50,715 nucleotides of DNA from the NCBI GenBank assembly GCA_036522895.1, contig DATDEX010000425.1, positions 1 to 50,715 on the forward strand, written 5' to 3'. Positions within the stretch are counted from its first letter, which is position 1. Each line of letters opens with the position of its first letter. This DNA is from Candidatus Eiseniibacteriota bacterium. GTDB lineage: Bacteria; Eisenbacteria; RBG-16-71-46. A program made the translations under genes and the position numbers. This document shows positions 35,601-42,038 of the stretch, piece by piece. The notes under the pieces were generated by a model. That model ran no database searches. It had not been told where the DNA came from and worked only from the letters and a program-made list of their open reading frames with translations.

Positions 35601-36350
35601 GCGGAGCCCGGGCGCGCCGGTGCCGTTCGAGATCATGAACAGCGCGTGCTCGGTGCCCGGCGCGAAACCCGACTGGAAGAGGCCCGCGTTCGCGAGGCCG
35701 TTCGCGTTGATCAGGAACTGGCGGAGCGATCCGGCGCCGGAGGCGTTCGGGTTGACGACGAGATCGAAGTTGTACCCGAAGTCCACGCCGACGACGATCG
35801 CGTTGTTGTTCGTGGGCCCCTGGACCGGCGAGGCCGACTGGGCGTAGCCGGTCGGGCCGGCGATGAACTGGTACGTGGTCACGTTGATCCGCGCGCCGGA
35901 GCTGCCGGCGGGCGCGTCCGGCTGGGCGGGCTGGCGCCCGCCGACATCGTTCGTGACCGGGACGACGGTGCCGAACGTCGCGTCGATGTGGAACGTGGGC
36001 ACGGCGAGCTCCGTCCCCGGGACGAACCCGGGGCGCGTCGACCGCACGCTCGAGCCGACGACGCGCAGGATGTAGAGCCGCGAACCGACGCCGTTGATCT
36101 TGTAAGTGCCGGTGCTGTCGGTCGTGGAGCTGTTGACGAAATCGCCGGTCGTGCCGTCGTAGGCCTCGACGATCGCGCCCGACAACCGGATGCCGCCCGA
36201 GCCGAACAGGTCGCGCCCCGCGCCGCCGCCGAAGTTCACGTCCTCGAACACCGTGCCGGTGATGCGCCCGGCCTGCGCGACGAGGGGAACGGATCCCGCA
36301 AGGACGAGCGCCAGCGCGACGGAGGCGAGCCGCGAGATCGCGGCGCGCAC
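23622..36350 (-). CDS. Giant modular cell-surface protein (adhesin-like), about 4,242 aa
   Basis: This is one uninterrupted frame. GTG 36350 gives the signal peptide (M)RAAISRLASVALALVLAGSVPLVAQA. Domains run in this order from the N-terminus:
- SdrD-B/CarboxypepD_reg-like modules (GRITGTVFEDVNFGG).
- A right-handed beta-helix (NVVSGNGANGIRV, GNYVGTNAAG, GNVVSGNTGVGVRMSG, GNTIGMD and GNLIAHNGGAGV), followed by DADTGANDLQNFPVL.
- 19 units of 113 aa, each a beta-sandwich.
- A DUF11-like domain.
- A second SdrD-B-like domain (GRVFEDKNRDGQQAANEPGIAGARV).
- Ig-like modules.
- An 863-aa C-terminal region that ends FLRAQSRY.

The ORF stays open upstream to 36692, but there is no ATG between that point and the signal peptide. 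Confidence 0.9.
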   Translation of the reverse strand: MRAAISRLASVALALVLAGSVPLVAQAGRITGTVFEDVNFGGGAGRDLFGSGGIRLSGAIVEAYDGTTGDFVNSSTTDSTGTYKINGVGSRLYILRVVGSSVRSTRPGFVPGTELAVPTFHIDATFGTVVPVTNDVGGRQPAQPDAPAGSSGARINVTTYQFIAGPTGYAQSASPVQGPTNNNAIVVGVDFGYNFDLVVNPNASGAGSLRQFLINANGLANAGLFQSGFAPGTEHALFMISNGTGAPGLRASLNYFTGGVARIALTAALPKITESLVLDAQRQPGWISSPVVAVDGTAAGAGSNGIEILAPGCEVRGFALGGFGGSGVVISGAGGIVSGNWIGLDPTGTAALANHVDGLQVGADGVIVGGSTAQTRNVVSGNGANGIRVLSTTSGGSLRGNYVGTNAAGSSGIPNGSLVPASAGLEVDGDNLTIGGSGAGDGNVVSGNTGVGVRMSGFANRFVGNTIGMDASRSLALGNTGHGLLVSGGFGGSNLAIGGVNAGEGNLIAHNGGAGVAFDPAAGNGNMVLGNAIGTNGALGIDLGNDGITANDPLDADTGANDLQNFPVLTLVRTGGTTLRVQGTLASEPNSSFRLEYFASATGDPSGNGEGERYLGSTDVASDGAGSAPFDTTFAANVAIGEAVTVTATSLDFSNTSEFSNAMLAADAAAIIVSPTSGLVTSESGDSALATIVLQSQPTSTVTIPLVSTKPAEGTPSPASVVFTPADWNLPHTVTIHGVDDFRIDGDQPYVIQVQPAVSSDSHYSGRDGADISVVNTDNDVAGIRVAPTTGLVTTEGGGTATFTVRLDTQPDADVSLPLASTNTAEGTVAPASLTFTGVNWNVPQTVTVTGVDDAVADGNQAYNVTTGAATSADVHYSGLDAADVGVTNTDDDGVGVTLTPGAGLVTTEAGGTATFTARLTSKPSADASFTLTSSRPAEGTVSPASLTFTSADWNVPQTVTVTGVDDSAVDGDQAYTIVTGAVASADAGYTGYDPADVGVTNTDDDVAGATPTPTAGLVTSEAGGTATFTLVLTSQPSADVTFPVSSSNASEGTAAPACLTFTAADWNVPQTVTVTGADDFVADGTVAYTITIGAGTSSDPHYSGYDPADVGASNTDNDAVGVDVTPTAGLVTSEAGGTATFTVKLASQPTANVSIAVASDDATEGTAAPASLTFTAADWSTPQTVTVTGADDFVADGTVGYHIVLAAATSADAGYAGQDPADVAVTNTDNDAAGITVSPTAGLVTTEAGGTATFTVVLTSQPTADVAVAVASSDAAEGTSAPASLTFTASDWSTPQTVTVTGVDDAVQDGDRPYTIVLAAATSADPNYAGQDPADVAVTNTDNDVAGITVTPTAGLVTSEAGGTATFTVRLTSQPVADVVIPVSSGNPAEGSVSPASLTFTASDWNAPQTVTVTGVDDPAVDGDVAYTVAVEPATSSDPVYAGKDGADVSATNTDNDVAGITVAPTAGLVTTEAGGTATFTVRLDSKPAADVVIPVASDDATEGVAAPASLTFTPADWNQPQTVTVTGVDDAIADGNVAYHVVLAAATSSDANYSGRDAADVAVSNSDDDAPGITVAPLTGLVTTEAGGTATFTIVLGSQPTANVVIPVSSSNPAEGSVAPASVTFTTANWSIPQTITVTGVDDAVDDGDVVYTLATGAATSTDPNYSGADAADVSATNRDDDTAGTTVTPTAGLVTTEAGGTATFTVRLNSQPTANVVIPVSSSKPAEGVPSAATLTFTAADWNTPQTVTVTGVDDQVQDGSIAYTIVLAAAASGDAKYSGQDPADVAVTNTDNDVAGITVTPVAGLVTTEAGGTASFTVVLTSQPTADVSIGLSSADPTEGRVAPAGLTFTAANWNVPQTATVTGIDDALDDGDIAYTIATAAATSTDPNYSGRNAADVAVTNLDDDTAGISVAPTAGLVTTESGGTATFTVRLDSQPTANVVIPVASSNPAEGTVSAPSLTFTAANWNVARTVTVTGVDDQVQDGNIAYTIVLGAATSTDPRYSGTNPADVSVTNTDNDAAGITVTPTTGLVTTEAGGTASFTVRLNSQPTASVAIPVASSNPAEGTVSTASLTFSTANWNVAQTVTVTGVDDQVQDGNIAYTIQLAAAASGDPRYAGMDPADVSASNTDNDVAGITVTPTAGLVTTEAGGTATFTVVLTSQPTANVAIPVTSGNPAEGAVSTASLTFTAANWSVAQPVTLTGVDDQVQDGDVAYTVVLAAAASADPRYAGMDPADVSATNTDNDVAGITVTPTAGLVTTEAGGTATFTVVLTSQPTANVVIPVTSSKPAEGTASTSSLTFTAANWNTAQTVTVTGVDDQVKDGDIAYTIVLAAATSSDPRYSGMDAADVAATNTDNDASGVSVTPVAGLVTTEAGGTASFTVRLFSQPTADVTIPIASSNPAEGSVSAASLTFTAASWNVAQTVTVTGVDDQVKDGDVAYTIVLSPAASADPVYAGVDPADVSATNTDNDVAGITVTPTAGLVTAEWGGTATFTVRLQTQPTANVVIPISSSNPAEGSVSPASLTFTAANWNVARTVTVTGVDDQVQDGNIAYTIVTGAAASADPVYNGMDPADVSASNTDNDAAGITVNPVAGLVTSEAGGAAAFFVVLTSQPTADVTIPLSSSNPAEGTVSTASLTFTSANWSAPQTVTVRGVNDAVVDGTIAYTIVTGAAASTDARYAGLDPADVSASNTDDDSIGVFVSPVAGLVTTEAGGTATYSVVLRSQPTADVVIPITSSDVSEGIVSAPSLTFSPGDWNTPQVVTVTGVDDALPDGDVPYQVANGVVQSADPEYAGLDPADVSLVNRDDQDGSNIVLELVPDRDKVQQGQPVGFRLSVRNRTSLPIDAITLTHTLPVRFAAIKGTLMRNGQVIADQGGPVQTLPLAHLDGFVDRNGDGIAGPGEPGYAEFRWQLVAGAGASSGSYLDRVSATSGCDTCSSAVPVSAVVHVEDNELFTRSTLLGRVFEDKNRDGQQAANEPGIAGARVVMDDGTSVTTDAMGMFHVPDLESGPRAVKLDVPGLGAAAIPTTDASTLVTIAPGLLSSVRFGVAFPRDTVAVGRAGGNGLAVSATEPEGILDLAGNTTHSELTINGITIPVHATGTTVTPPAFAPHYPAVRLGSLAVPVDRAGRFATSVPHPGGDTLEVALVDNLGRVSAGHVRLPRLDILSPRGEVRLPFGQASADVKLASHAADSSGGGVPLASTDGAAGDRPVAWTQVRGRTDSSAVVEVNGRKVAVGADGGFTSQVALHVGENTISVMAHDATGMSNLTHVTVQVADREADGTPVVAVDAIPELSLFLPPKGVALKSPALTLAGHTHAGYRLVVNRDTVAVNGDGSFSHRLMLAEGNNHLDVSVVDDKGRTSSIERDLEVRSPQMFLVGLADGVVGRSSGAAFLRPGGDKETYTEGRLAWNLRGWISGRYLVTSAFDSRRRDFNSLFKNLDDAGRDRLLTNLDPDRLYPVFGDSGSVQNSSLSGGRLYVGLQGEAVRASLGNFPIALNDVELAGFHRTLYGAQMGFGKAAGVQNIASGTSVALFGAEASHVHVHDVLEATGGTLYYLSHGDVLEGSAQVTLVVRDRNTGLQLARVPQRSGIDVVVKEFEGRVQFTRPIASVWDDGGVIGSGRLQGHPVTIEVDYETAGHGGEKTAAGGRITQNVGDKLTLGSTVVDDRSGDGDYRLRGTDLTLNMGHGTRLLGELATSHGHTGRSFVSTDGGLAWNEADSANTNEGLAWKTAAEVDLGQWLHRPGLASVSGYVRRVDAGFLSDGERAGVALDRSGVRGQLSAGRYGLLSGRFDRETRPEMNQLGQIDGTDVYGMQWRVDGARTGAATEFEQRNTTRVLDPTDKNSTGAMRLWWKPVERVKTTVEHQQTFAGEKASQSALALEWRALPTLALEARGSTGDQGKTIRGGATMSVGARQFYVREEQAQSTTGLRGGTLFGMQAPLGPESRVYSEYQWQRDPLGDHGVSVTGIEQGWHNAEGLSLNVAGEHGTRGGDSGQHGTISGQIAYKGNSPLSGSSRAEARRMLGSTYSRQMLSATRLELALPSGFTVLTDLRMSMSRRLEQMYTTPNRFTESSVGLAWRAPRSDAVQALGRWTRLADRRGPEPGDSLGTASVLGVAALEATVRVFPGLEWAAKGAARLDQSGRSGLPLGTAHSTMWASRLDYRIAQQPFRLGVEYRLLEQREAADTRGGWLQELSYDPGQHVRFGIGYNFSRFSGDPLVRNQDTSRGWFLRAQSRY
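27903..34343 (-). repeat. Intragenic tandem array of 19 x 339 bp (113-aa Calx-beta-like / Ig-like units)
   Basis: The GLVT anchor codons recur exactly every 339 nt, from 28206 to 34308 (18 intervals, 6102 nt). The consensus unit is GITVTPTAGLVTTEAGGTATFTVVLTSQPTANVVIPVSSSNPAEGTVSxASLTFTAANWNVxQTVTVTGVDDQVQDGxIAYTIVLAAATSxDPxYxGxDPADVSxTNTDNDxA. Neighbouring units share a 121-nt perfect match (29498-29618 equals 29837-29957). Array boundaries are approximate to about 15 nt. Confidence 0.9.
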
Positions 36351-36921
36351 AGGGTGCGAACCGTTCGGGGCATGCGCCGGGGAGTGCACCGCCGCGGCTC
36401 CCGGGTGGGAGCCGTTCGAGGCGTGCGTTCGTGCGGAGTGAGGCAGTGGCGTATCCGTCCTTTCGTGAGGCTGTTTCGCGGCGTCCGGGCTGGGGGCCGC
36501 GCGGCGGCTGGCAGGGAGTCGGCTCGGGTCCTGTCGCAAGCGTTCCGCCCGGTCGCGGTTCGCGCGAACGCGCGTGCGTGCGACGAGGCGGAGCGAGCTT
36601 CGAAGGGCCGGTGGTGAAGCGACGAGACGCTCGAGCACGCACGGCTGATCCGGGGGCTTTGGGTCGTGCGGGGCCCATCGGGTCATCGGCACGTCGAGCG
36701 GCCGGCTTGAGCGCGCGTCCGCCCGGAGAGGCTACCGGCCGGCCGCGCGCCAGACTGGCCGCGGGGTTCCTTCGATCCCGCGGAGAAGTGCCGAACGTCG
36801 GAATCCCGTTCACGTCCGCGGCAGGGTTCGGGATCGCGCGCGCCCGAGGCGTCGGGTGCGTGTGAAATCCCGGCCCGATGCTGGTGCTCGGGCGGCCCGC
36901 ATGCTTGAATGCGGCCCATCC

Positions 36922-38109
36922 ATGCGCATCCTCCCCGTCCCCCGTAACGCCGACCGTGCCCCACTCGGGGCGATCGCTTTCGCGACGCTGCTGCTCCCCG
37001 TCCTCGGTGGGACGCTCGGCGGCTGCGCCGGCCCCGAGGCCCGCCGTGCGAGCCGCACCCCCGTGACGGTGGCGCTCGCGGAGAGCCGCACGGTCCCCTA
37101 CGAGCTCGACGCCAGCGGCATCGTGGAGCCGGTAGCCTCCGCCGACGTCACCGCGCAGGTGGGCGGGCTCGTCACCGCGATCCCGTTCCGGGAGGGCGAC
37201 GACGTCCGCGCCGGGAACGTGCTCGTGCAGCTCGATTCCCGCGCGTTCGAGACGAGCGTGGCGCAGGCCGCCGCCGTGCTGGCGCGCGACCGGGCCCAGG
37301 CGCTGAGCGCCCGGCTGGAGCTCGAACGCGGGGAGGCGCTCGCGCGGCAGCAGTTGCTCGCCGCGGGCGAGCTCGACGGGAAGCGGGCCACGGCCGAAGC
37401 GCTTGCCGCGACCGTGCTCGCGGACTCGGCGACGCTCGACCGGGCGCGGCTCGATCTCGCCTACGCGAGCGTGCGCGCGCCGATCTCGGGTCGTACCGGC
37501 CGCCTGCGCGTGCACGTCGGCGACGTGGTCAAGCCGAGCGACCCGGCGAACCCGGTCGTGACGATCCACCAGCTCCGCCCCATCCGCGTCCGTTTCAGCA
37601 TTCCCCAGTCGGAAATCGAGGCCGTTCGCGAGGAGCGGCGCGGCAATGTCCACGTGCTCGTGGCCAGCGACGCGAACGACACGAGCTGGACCGAGGGCCG
37701 GCTGGCGTTCGTGGACAACCAGGTGGATCCCGCCTCGGGGACGCTGCTCCTGAAGGGCGAGTTCGCGAACGCCGACGGCAGCCTGTGGCCCGGCGCGTTC
37801 GCGCGCGTGCGACTGCGGCTCCGGCAGCAGGACAATGCCACGGTCGTGCCCGCCTCGGCGGTGACGAGCTCCCAGAACGGAACGTTCTGTTACGTCGTCA
37901 AGGCGGACACGACCGTGGAGATGCGCCCGGTCGCGGTGACGCGCACGTGGGGCGGCTGGGCGGTGTTGGGCGCGGGCGTCCGACCGGGCGAGACCGTGGT
38001 CACGGACGGCCAGGTCCGCCTCTCGCCCGGAGCGCACGCCAGCATCCGCACGCCGCAAGCGCGCGGAGCTCGCGGCGGGGCGCACGCCCCGGCCGCCGGG
38101 CGGCCATGA
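36922..38109 (+). CDS. RND efflux periplasmic adaptor (membrane fusion protein, HlyD/AcrA family) lipoprotein, 395 aa
   Basis: The lipobox is LLLPVLGGTLGGCAG. MFP signatures are present (GIVEPVASADVTAQVGGLVTAIPFREGDDVRAGNVLVQLD and ASVRAPISGRTGRLRVHVGDVV). The stop overlaps the pump start (ATGA). The start is uncertain, with candidates at 36856, 36901 and 36922 and no clear Shine-Dalgarno sequence. Confidence 0.85.
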   Translation: MRILPVPRNADRAPLGAIAFATLLLPVLGGTLGGCAGPEARRASRTPVTVALAESRTVPYELDASGIVEPVASADVTAQVGGLVTAIPFREGDDVRAGNVLVQLDSRAFETSVAQAAAVLARDRAQALSARLELERGEALARQQLLAAGELDGKRATAEALAATVLADSATLDRARLDLAYASVRAPISGRTGRLRVHVGDVVKPSDPANPVVTIHQLRPIRVRFSIPQSEIEAVREERRGNVHVLVASDANDTSWTEGRLAFVDNQVDPASGTLLLKGEFANADGSLWPGAFARVRLRLRQQDNATVVPASAVTSSQNGTFCYVVKADTTVEMRPVAVTRTWGGWAVLGAGVRPGETVVTDGQVRLSPGAHASIRTPQARGARGGAHAPAAGRP

Positions 38110-41100
38110 ACCTCTCGGCGCTCTTCATCCAGCGCCCGATCGCGACGACGCTCGTGATGCTCGGGATCGTGCTGTTCGGGGCGATCGCCTACCCGCAGCT
38201 GCCGGTGAACGACCTGCCGAACGTGGACTACCCCGTCATCAACGTGCGCGCGAGCCTGCCCGGCGCAAGCCCGCAGACCGTGGCGTCCGCGATCGCCACG
38301 CCGCTCGAGAAGCAGTTCTCGACCATCTCGGGGCTCGAGGTGATGACCTCGACGAGCGGTCTCGGCGGCACGAACATCACGCTCCAGTTCTCGCTCAGCC
38401 GCAACATCGACGCCGCCGCGCAGGACGTGCAGTCGGCGATCGCCCAGACGTTGCGGCAGCTGCCGCAGGGCACGTTGCCGCCCTCCTACGGCAAGTCCAA
38501 CCCGGCGGATTCGCCGATCCTGTTCCTCGCGCTCACGAGCGATGTGCTGCCGCTGTCCTCGCTCGACGAGTACGCGCAGACGACGCTCGCCCAGCGCATC
38601 TCCACGGTCGACGGGGTGGCGCAGGTGCAGGTGTTCGGGTCGCAGAAGTACGCGGTGCGCATCCAGCTCGATCCGCAGGCGCTCGTGTCGAGGTCCGTCG
38701 GCATCGACCAGGTCGCGGATGCGATCGAATCGGGCAACGTGAACCTGCCGACCGGCGTGCTGTGGGGTCCGGACAAGGCGTACACGCTGCGCTCCGACGA
38801 TCAGCTGGAGAACGCGCGCGAGTTCCGCGACCTCGTGATCCGAAGCCAGGACGGCGCGTCGGTGCGTCTCGGCGACCTGGGGCAGGTCGTCGACGGTGTA
38901 CAGGACAGCCGCGTGGCGAGCTGGTTCAACGGCCGCCGCTCGATCGTGCTGGCGATCCAGCGCCAGCCCGGCACGAACACCGTGCGGGTCGCGGACGCCG
39001 TGCACGCGATGGTCGACAAGCTGAAGCCCCAGCTGCCGGGCTCGGTGCGGATCGAGACGCTCAACGACCGCTCGGTCTCGATCCGGCACTCCGTGAACGA
39101 CGTGCAGACGACGCTGCTCGTGACGCTGCTGCTCGTCGTGCTCGTGATCTTCCTGTTCCTCCGGAACGCCTCGGCGACGCTCATCCCCAGCCTGGCGCTG
39201 CCGCTCTCGGTCGTGGGCACGTTCGCGGCCATGAAGCTCATGGGCTACAGCCTCGACAACCTCTCGCTCCTGGCACTCACGCTCTCGGTGGGCTTCGTCG
39301 TGGACGACGCCATCGTCATGCTGGAGAACATCGTGCGCCACATGGAGATGGGCAAGCCGCCGCTCCAGGCGGCGCTCGACGGCTCGGGCGAGATCGGGTT
39401 CACGATCCTGTCGATGACCGTGTCGCTCGTGGCGGTGTTCATCCCGGTGCTCCTGATGGGCGGGCTCCTCGGCCGGCTGTTCCACGAGTTCGCGGTCGTG
39501 ATCAGCGTGTCGATCCTCATCTCCGGCTTCGTCTCGCTCACGCTCACCCCCATGATGGCGAGTCGGTTCCTGCACGGCGGGAACCACGCCGCGACGCACG
39601 GGCTGCTGCGCGTGACCGAGGACCTGTTCGCCCGCGCGCTCGCGGCCTACGTCAGGAGCCTCGCCTGGGTCATGGAGCACCGCCGCACGGCGCTCACGTT
39701 CTCGGCCGCGATCCTGCTCGGCACCGTCGGACTCTGGACGCTGATCCCCAAGGGGTTCATCCCGAGCGAGGACATCGACCAGATCACCGGCACCACCGAG
39801 GCGGCGGAAGGCACGTCGTTCGACTCCATGGTGCAGCACCAGCAGCAGGTCGCGGCGATCCTCCTCAAGGACCCGAACGTGGCCGGGTTCATGTCGTCGG
39901 TGGGCGCGGGCGACCGCGGCGGCACCTCGAACCAGGGCCGGATCGTCCTGCGCCTGAAGCCCCGATCGCAGCGCCGGTTGAGCGCCGACCAGCTGATCCG
40001 CGCGCTCGGGCCCCGCTTGAACGGCATCCCGGGCATGCGCGTCTTCCTGCAGAATCCCCCCCCCGTCCGGATCGGGAGCCGCAGCGCGAAGAGCCAGTAC
40101 CAGTTCACCGTGCAGGGGAGCGATCTCGCCTCGCTCTACGAGAACGCCGCCAAGCTCGAGGCCCGGCTCAGGGAGTCCCCGCTCCTCGAGAACGTCACGA
40201 GCGACCTGCAGATCAAGAACCCCGAGATCGGCGTGCAGCTCGACCGCGAGCGCGCGGCCGCGCTCGGGGTGACGCCGCTCCAAGTGGACCAGGCGCTCTA
40301 CGACGCCTACGGCTCCCGGCAGGTCTCCACGATCTTCACCCCGAACAACCAGTACTGGGTCGTGATGGAGCTGCTGCCGCAGTACCAGCGCGACATCTCG
40401 GCGCTCCAGATGCTGAACGTCCGCTCGGCGCGCGGCGAGCTGGTGCCGATCGGATCGGTCGCGAAGCTCACCCCGGGCCTGGGACCGCTCAGCGTCAACC
40501 ACGCCGGGCAGCTGCCGGCGGTGACGCTCTCGTTCGACGTCAAGCCCGGAACGGGCCTGAGCGAGGCCGTCGCCGAGGTGCAGACGGCCGCGCGCGCGGT
40601 GCTCTCATCCGACATGAGCACCGCGTTCGCCGGGACCGCGCAGGCGTTTCAATCGAGCCAGCAGGGCCTGTCGCTGCTCCTGCTCGTGGCCGTGCTCGTC
40701 ATCTACCTCGTGCTCGGCGTGCTCTACGAGAGCTTCATCCACCCGGTGACGATTCTCTCCGGGCTGCCGTTTGCCGGCTTCGGCGCGCTTCTCACGCTGA
40801 TCCTGTTCCGGAGCGAGCTTTCGGTCTACGCGTTCGTCGGGGTCATCATGCTGGTCGGGCTCGTGAAGAAGAACGCGATCATGATGATCGACTTCGCGCT
40901 CGAGGCCGAGCGCCGCGACGGCAGGCCCCCGCGCGACGCGATCCTCGAAGCCTGCCGGGTGCGCTTCCGCCCCATCATGATGACCACCATGGCGGCGCTC
41001 ATGGGCACGCTCCCGATCGCGCTCGGCTGGGGCGCCGGCGCGGAATCCCGGCGGCCGCTCGGCCTCGCGGTCGTGGGCGGGCTCGCGTTCTCGCAGCTCG

Positions 41101-41183
41101 TGACGCTCTACGTGACGCCGGTCTTCTACACGTACCTCGACCGCTTCCAGAAGAAGCTGGCGTTCGCGCGCGCGGCCCGGTGA
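38106..41183 (+). CDS. RND efflux transporter permease (AcrB/MdtB/MexB-type, HAE1-like), 1025 aa
   Basis: The N-terminus MNLSALFIQRPIATTLVMLGIVLFGAIAY and the overall architecture are canonical. There are two large periplasmic loops and 12 TM segments (VVDDAIVMLENIVRH and GLVKKNAIMMIDFALE). Confidence 0.95.
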   Translation: MNLSALFIQRPIATTLVMLGIVLFGAIAYPQLPVNDLPNVDYPVINVRASLPGASPQTVASAIATPLEKQFSTISGLEVMTSTSGLGGTNITLQFSLSRNIDAAAQDVQSAIAQTLRQLPQGTLPPSYGKSNPADSPILFLALTSDVLPLSSLDEYAQTTLAQRISTVDGVAQVQVFGSQKYAVRIQLDPQALVSRSVGIDQVADAIESGNVNLPTGVLWGPDKAYTLRSDDQLENAREFRDLVIRSQDGASVRLGDLGQVVDGVQDSRVASWFNGRRSIVLAIQRQPGTNTVRVADAVHAMVDKLKPQLPGSVRIETLNDRSVSIRHSVNDVQTTLLVTLLLVVLVIFLFLRNASATLIPSLALPLSVVGTFAAMKLMGYSLDNLSLLALTLSVGFVVDDAIVMLENIVRHMEMGKPPLQAALDGSGEIGFTILSMTVSLVAVFIPVLLMGGLLGRLFHEFAVVISVSILISGFVSLTLTPMMASRFLHGGNHAATHGLLRVTEDLFARALAAYVRSLAWVMEHRRTALTFSAAILLGTVGLWTLIPKGFIPSEDIDQITGTTEAAEGTSFDSMVQHQQQVAAILLKDPNVAGFMSSVGAGDRGGTSNQGRIVLRLKPRSQRRLSADQLIRALGPRLNGIPGMRVFLQNPPPVRIGSRSAKSQYQFTVQGSDLASLYENAAKLEARLRESPLLENVTSDLQIKNPEIGVQLDRERAAALGVTPLQVDQALYDAYGSRQVSTIFTPNNQYWVVMELLPQYQRDISALQMLNVRSARGELVPIGSVAKLTPGLGPLSVNHAGQLPAVTLSFDVKPGTGLSEAVAEVQTAARAVLSSDMSTAFAGTAQAFQSSQQGLSLLLLVAVLVIYLVLGVLYESFIHPVTILSGLPFAGFGALLTLILFRSELSVYAFVGVIMLVGLVKKNAIMMIDFALEAERRDGRPPRDAILEACRVRFRPIMMTTMAALMGTLPIALGWGAGAESRRPLGLAVVGGLAFSQLVTLYVTPVFYTYLDRFQKKLAFARAAR

Positions 41184-41222
41184 GCGTTCGCTCTCCGGGC
41201 CGCGCGCACCCTCGCCCCCCGC

Positions 41223-42038
41223 TCAGCCGACCGTGATCTTCACCGGTTTCGCGAACTGGATCCGACCCGAGGCCGCGGTGCCGCCGCCCGCCGGCAGGAT
41301 GCGTCCGTTCGGGCCCTCGACCCGCCCGATCGCCACGGATTTCTCGGTGCCGTAGAGGAACGCGGCCGAGATCGTGTACTCGCCGGGCTTGCAGGGCGCG
41401 ACCAGCGTGTAGGTGACCTTGCAGACCGGCCACGTCCCGGCGTCGGGGTCGCTCTGCACCCCGGTCACGTTGACGTAGTTGATGTTCCGCCCGAGCTCCT
41501 TCGCGCGGCCGTCGAGGAACGTCGTCTGCGGCTTGCCGTCCGGGCCCACGACCTGGGGCTCCGCGCTGATGAAGAAGCCGCCGGCCTGCACCGGGCTCGC
41601 CGAGTAGCGCAGGTCACAGTCGGTGAGCATCACACCCACCACCGGTCCCGCCCCGCCGTGCGTGGTGATCGTCACGGTGAGTGTCCCCGCGGACTTCACC
41701 TTCGTCGCCGACACGGCCATCTCGACCTTGCTGTTCGCGTCCACGGCCTTGACCGCGGTCAGAAGCTTCTGGCGGTCGTCGGCCGAGAGCTTCGCGTAGT
41801 CCCTGTCCCCGTGCTCGAGCGGAGCGTAGTGGCGGTTGGCGATCACGAGGCTGCTCGCCCGGTCCGGCGTCTGATCGCGCACCTGGTCCTGATCCACGGA
41901 CGAGTGGCAGTTGGCGCATTGCGGATTCATGTTCGTGACGAGCTGCGGCGTGCCACCCGGGAAGGCGAAGAGCTGCGGGGCGGCGCAGACCAGGGACGCG
42001 AGCACGAGCGTCGAAGCGACGGTGGGGCGGAACTTCAT
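41223..42038 (-). CDS. Secreted monoheme c-type cytochrome-like protein with a C-terminal beta-sandwich-like region, 271 aa
   Basis: ATG 42038 has AGGAGA 6 nt upstream. The signal peptide is MKFRPTVASTLVLASLVCAAPQLFA. There is a single CxxCH (NPQCANCHSS) near the mature N-terminus. I recognise no family for the remainder. Confidence 0.75.
   Translation of the reverse strand: MKFRPTVASTLVLASLVCAAPQLFAFPGGTPQLVTNMNPQCANCHSSVDQDQVRDQTPDRASSLVIANRHYAPLEHGDRDYAKLSADDRQKLLTAVKAVDANSKVEMAVSATKVKSAGTLTVTITTHGGAGPVVGVMLTDCDLRYSASPVQAGGFFISAEPQVVGPDGKPQTTFLDGRAKELGRNINYVNVTGVQSDPDAGTWPVCKVTYTLVAPCKPGEYTISAAFLYGTEKSVAIGRVEGPNGRILPAGGGTAASGRIQFAKPVKITVG

Noticed and set aside
31104-36617. An 1,837-aa ORF on the plus strand, together with other very long ORFs: 23730-27812 (+), 29128-34170 (-), 23506-25194 (-), 25324-26697 (-) and 26914-28878 (-)
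   Set aside because: All are antisense to, or in alternative frames of, the giant gene. Their translations are monotonous Arg/Gly/Ala/Asp/His strings with no motifs. That is typical of stop-codon-poor frames in ~70% GC DNA. Only the 23622-36350 frame has coherent domain signatures and a signal peptide.
36856-36921. Longer N-terminus for the RND adaptor (starts at 36856 or 36901)
   Set aside because: The lipoprotein signal peptide fits best with ATG 36922. None of the three candidates has a good Shine-Dalgarno sequence, so the choice stays uncertain and is flagged in the feature.
37890-40502. An 870-aa minus-strand ORF, plus 38762-41236 (+), over the RND pump
   Set aside because: These are antisense or alternative frames with Arg/Glu/His-rich translations. 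The 38106-41183 frame is an unmistakable AcrB-type pump.
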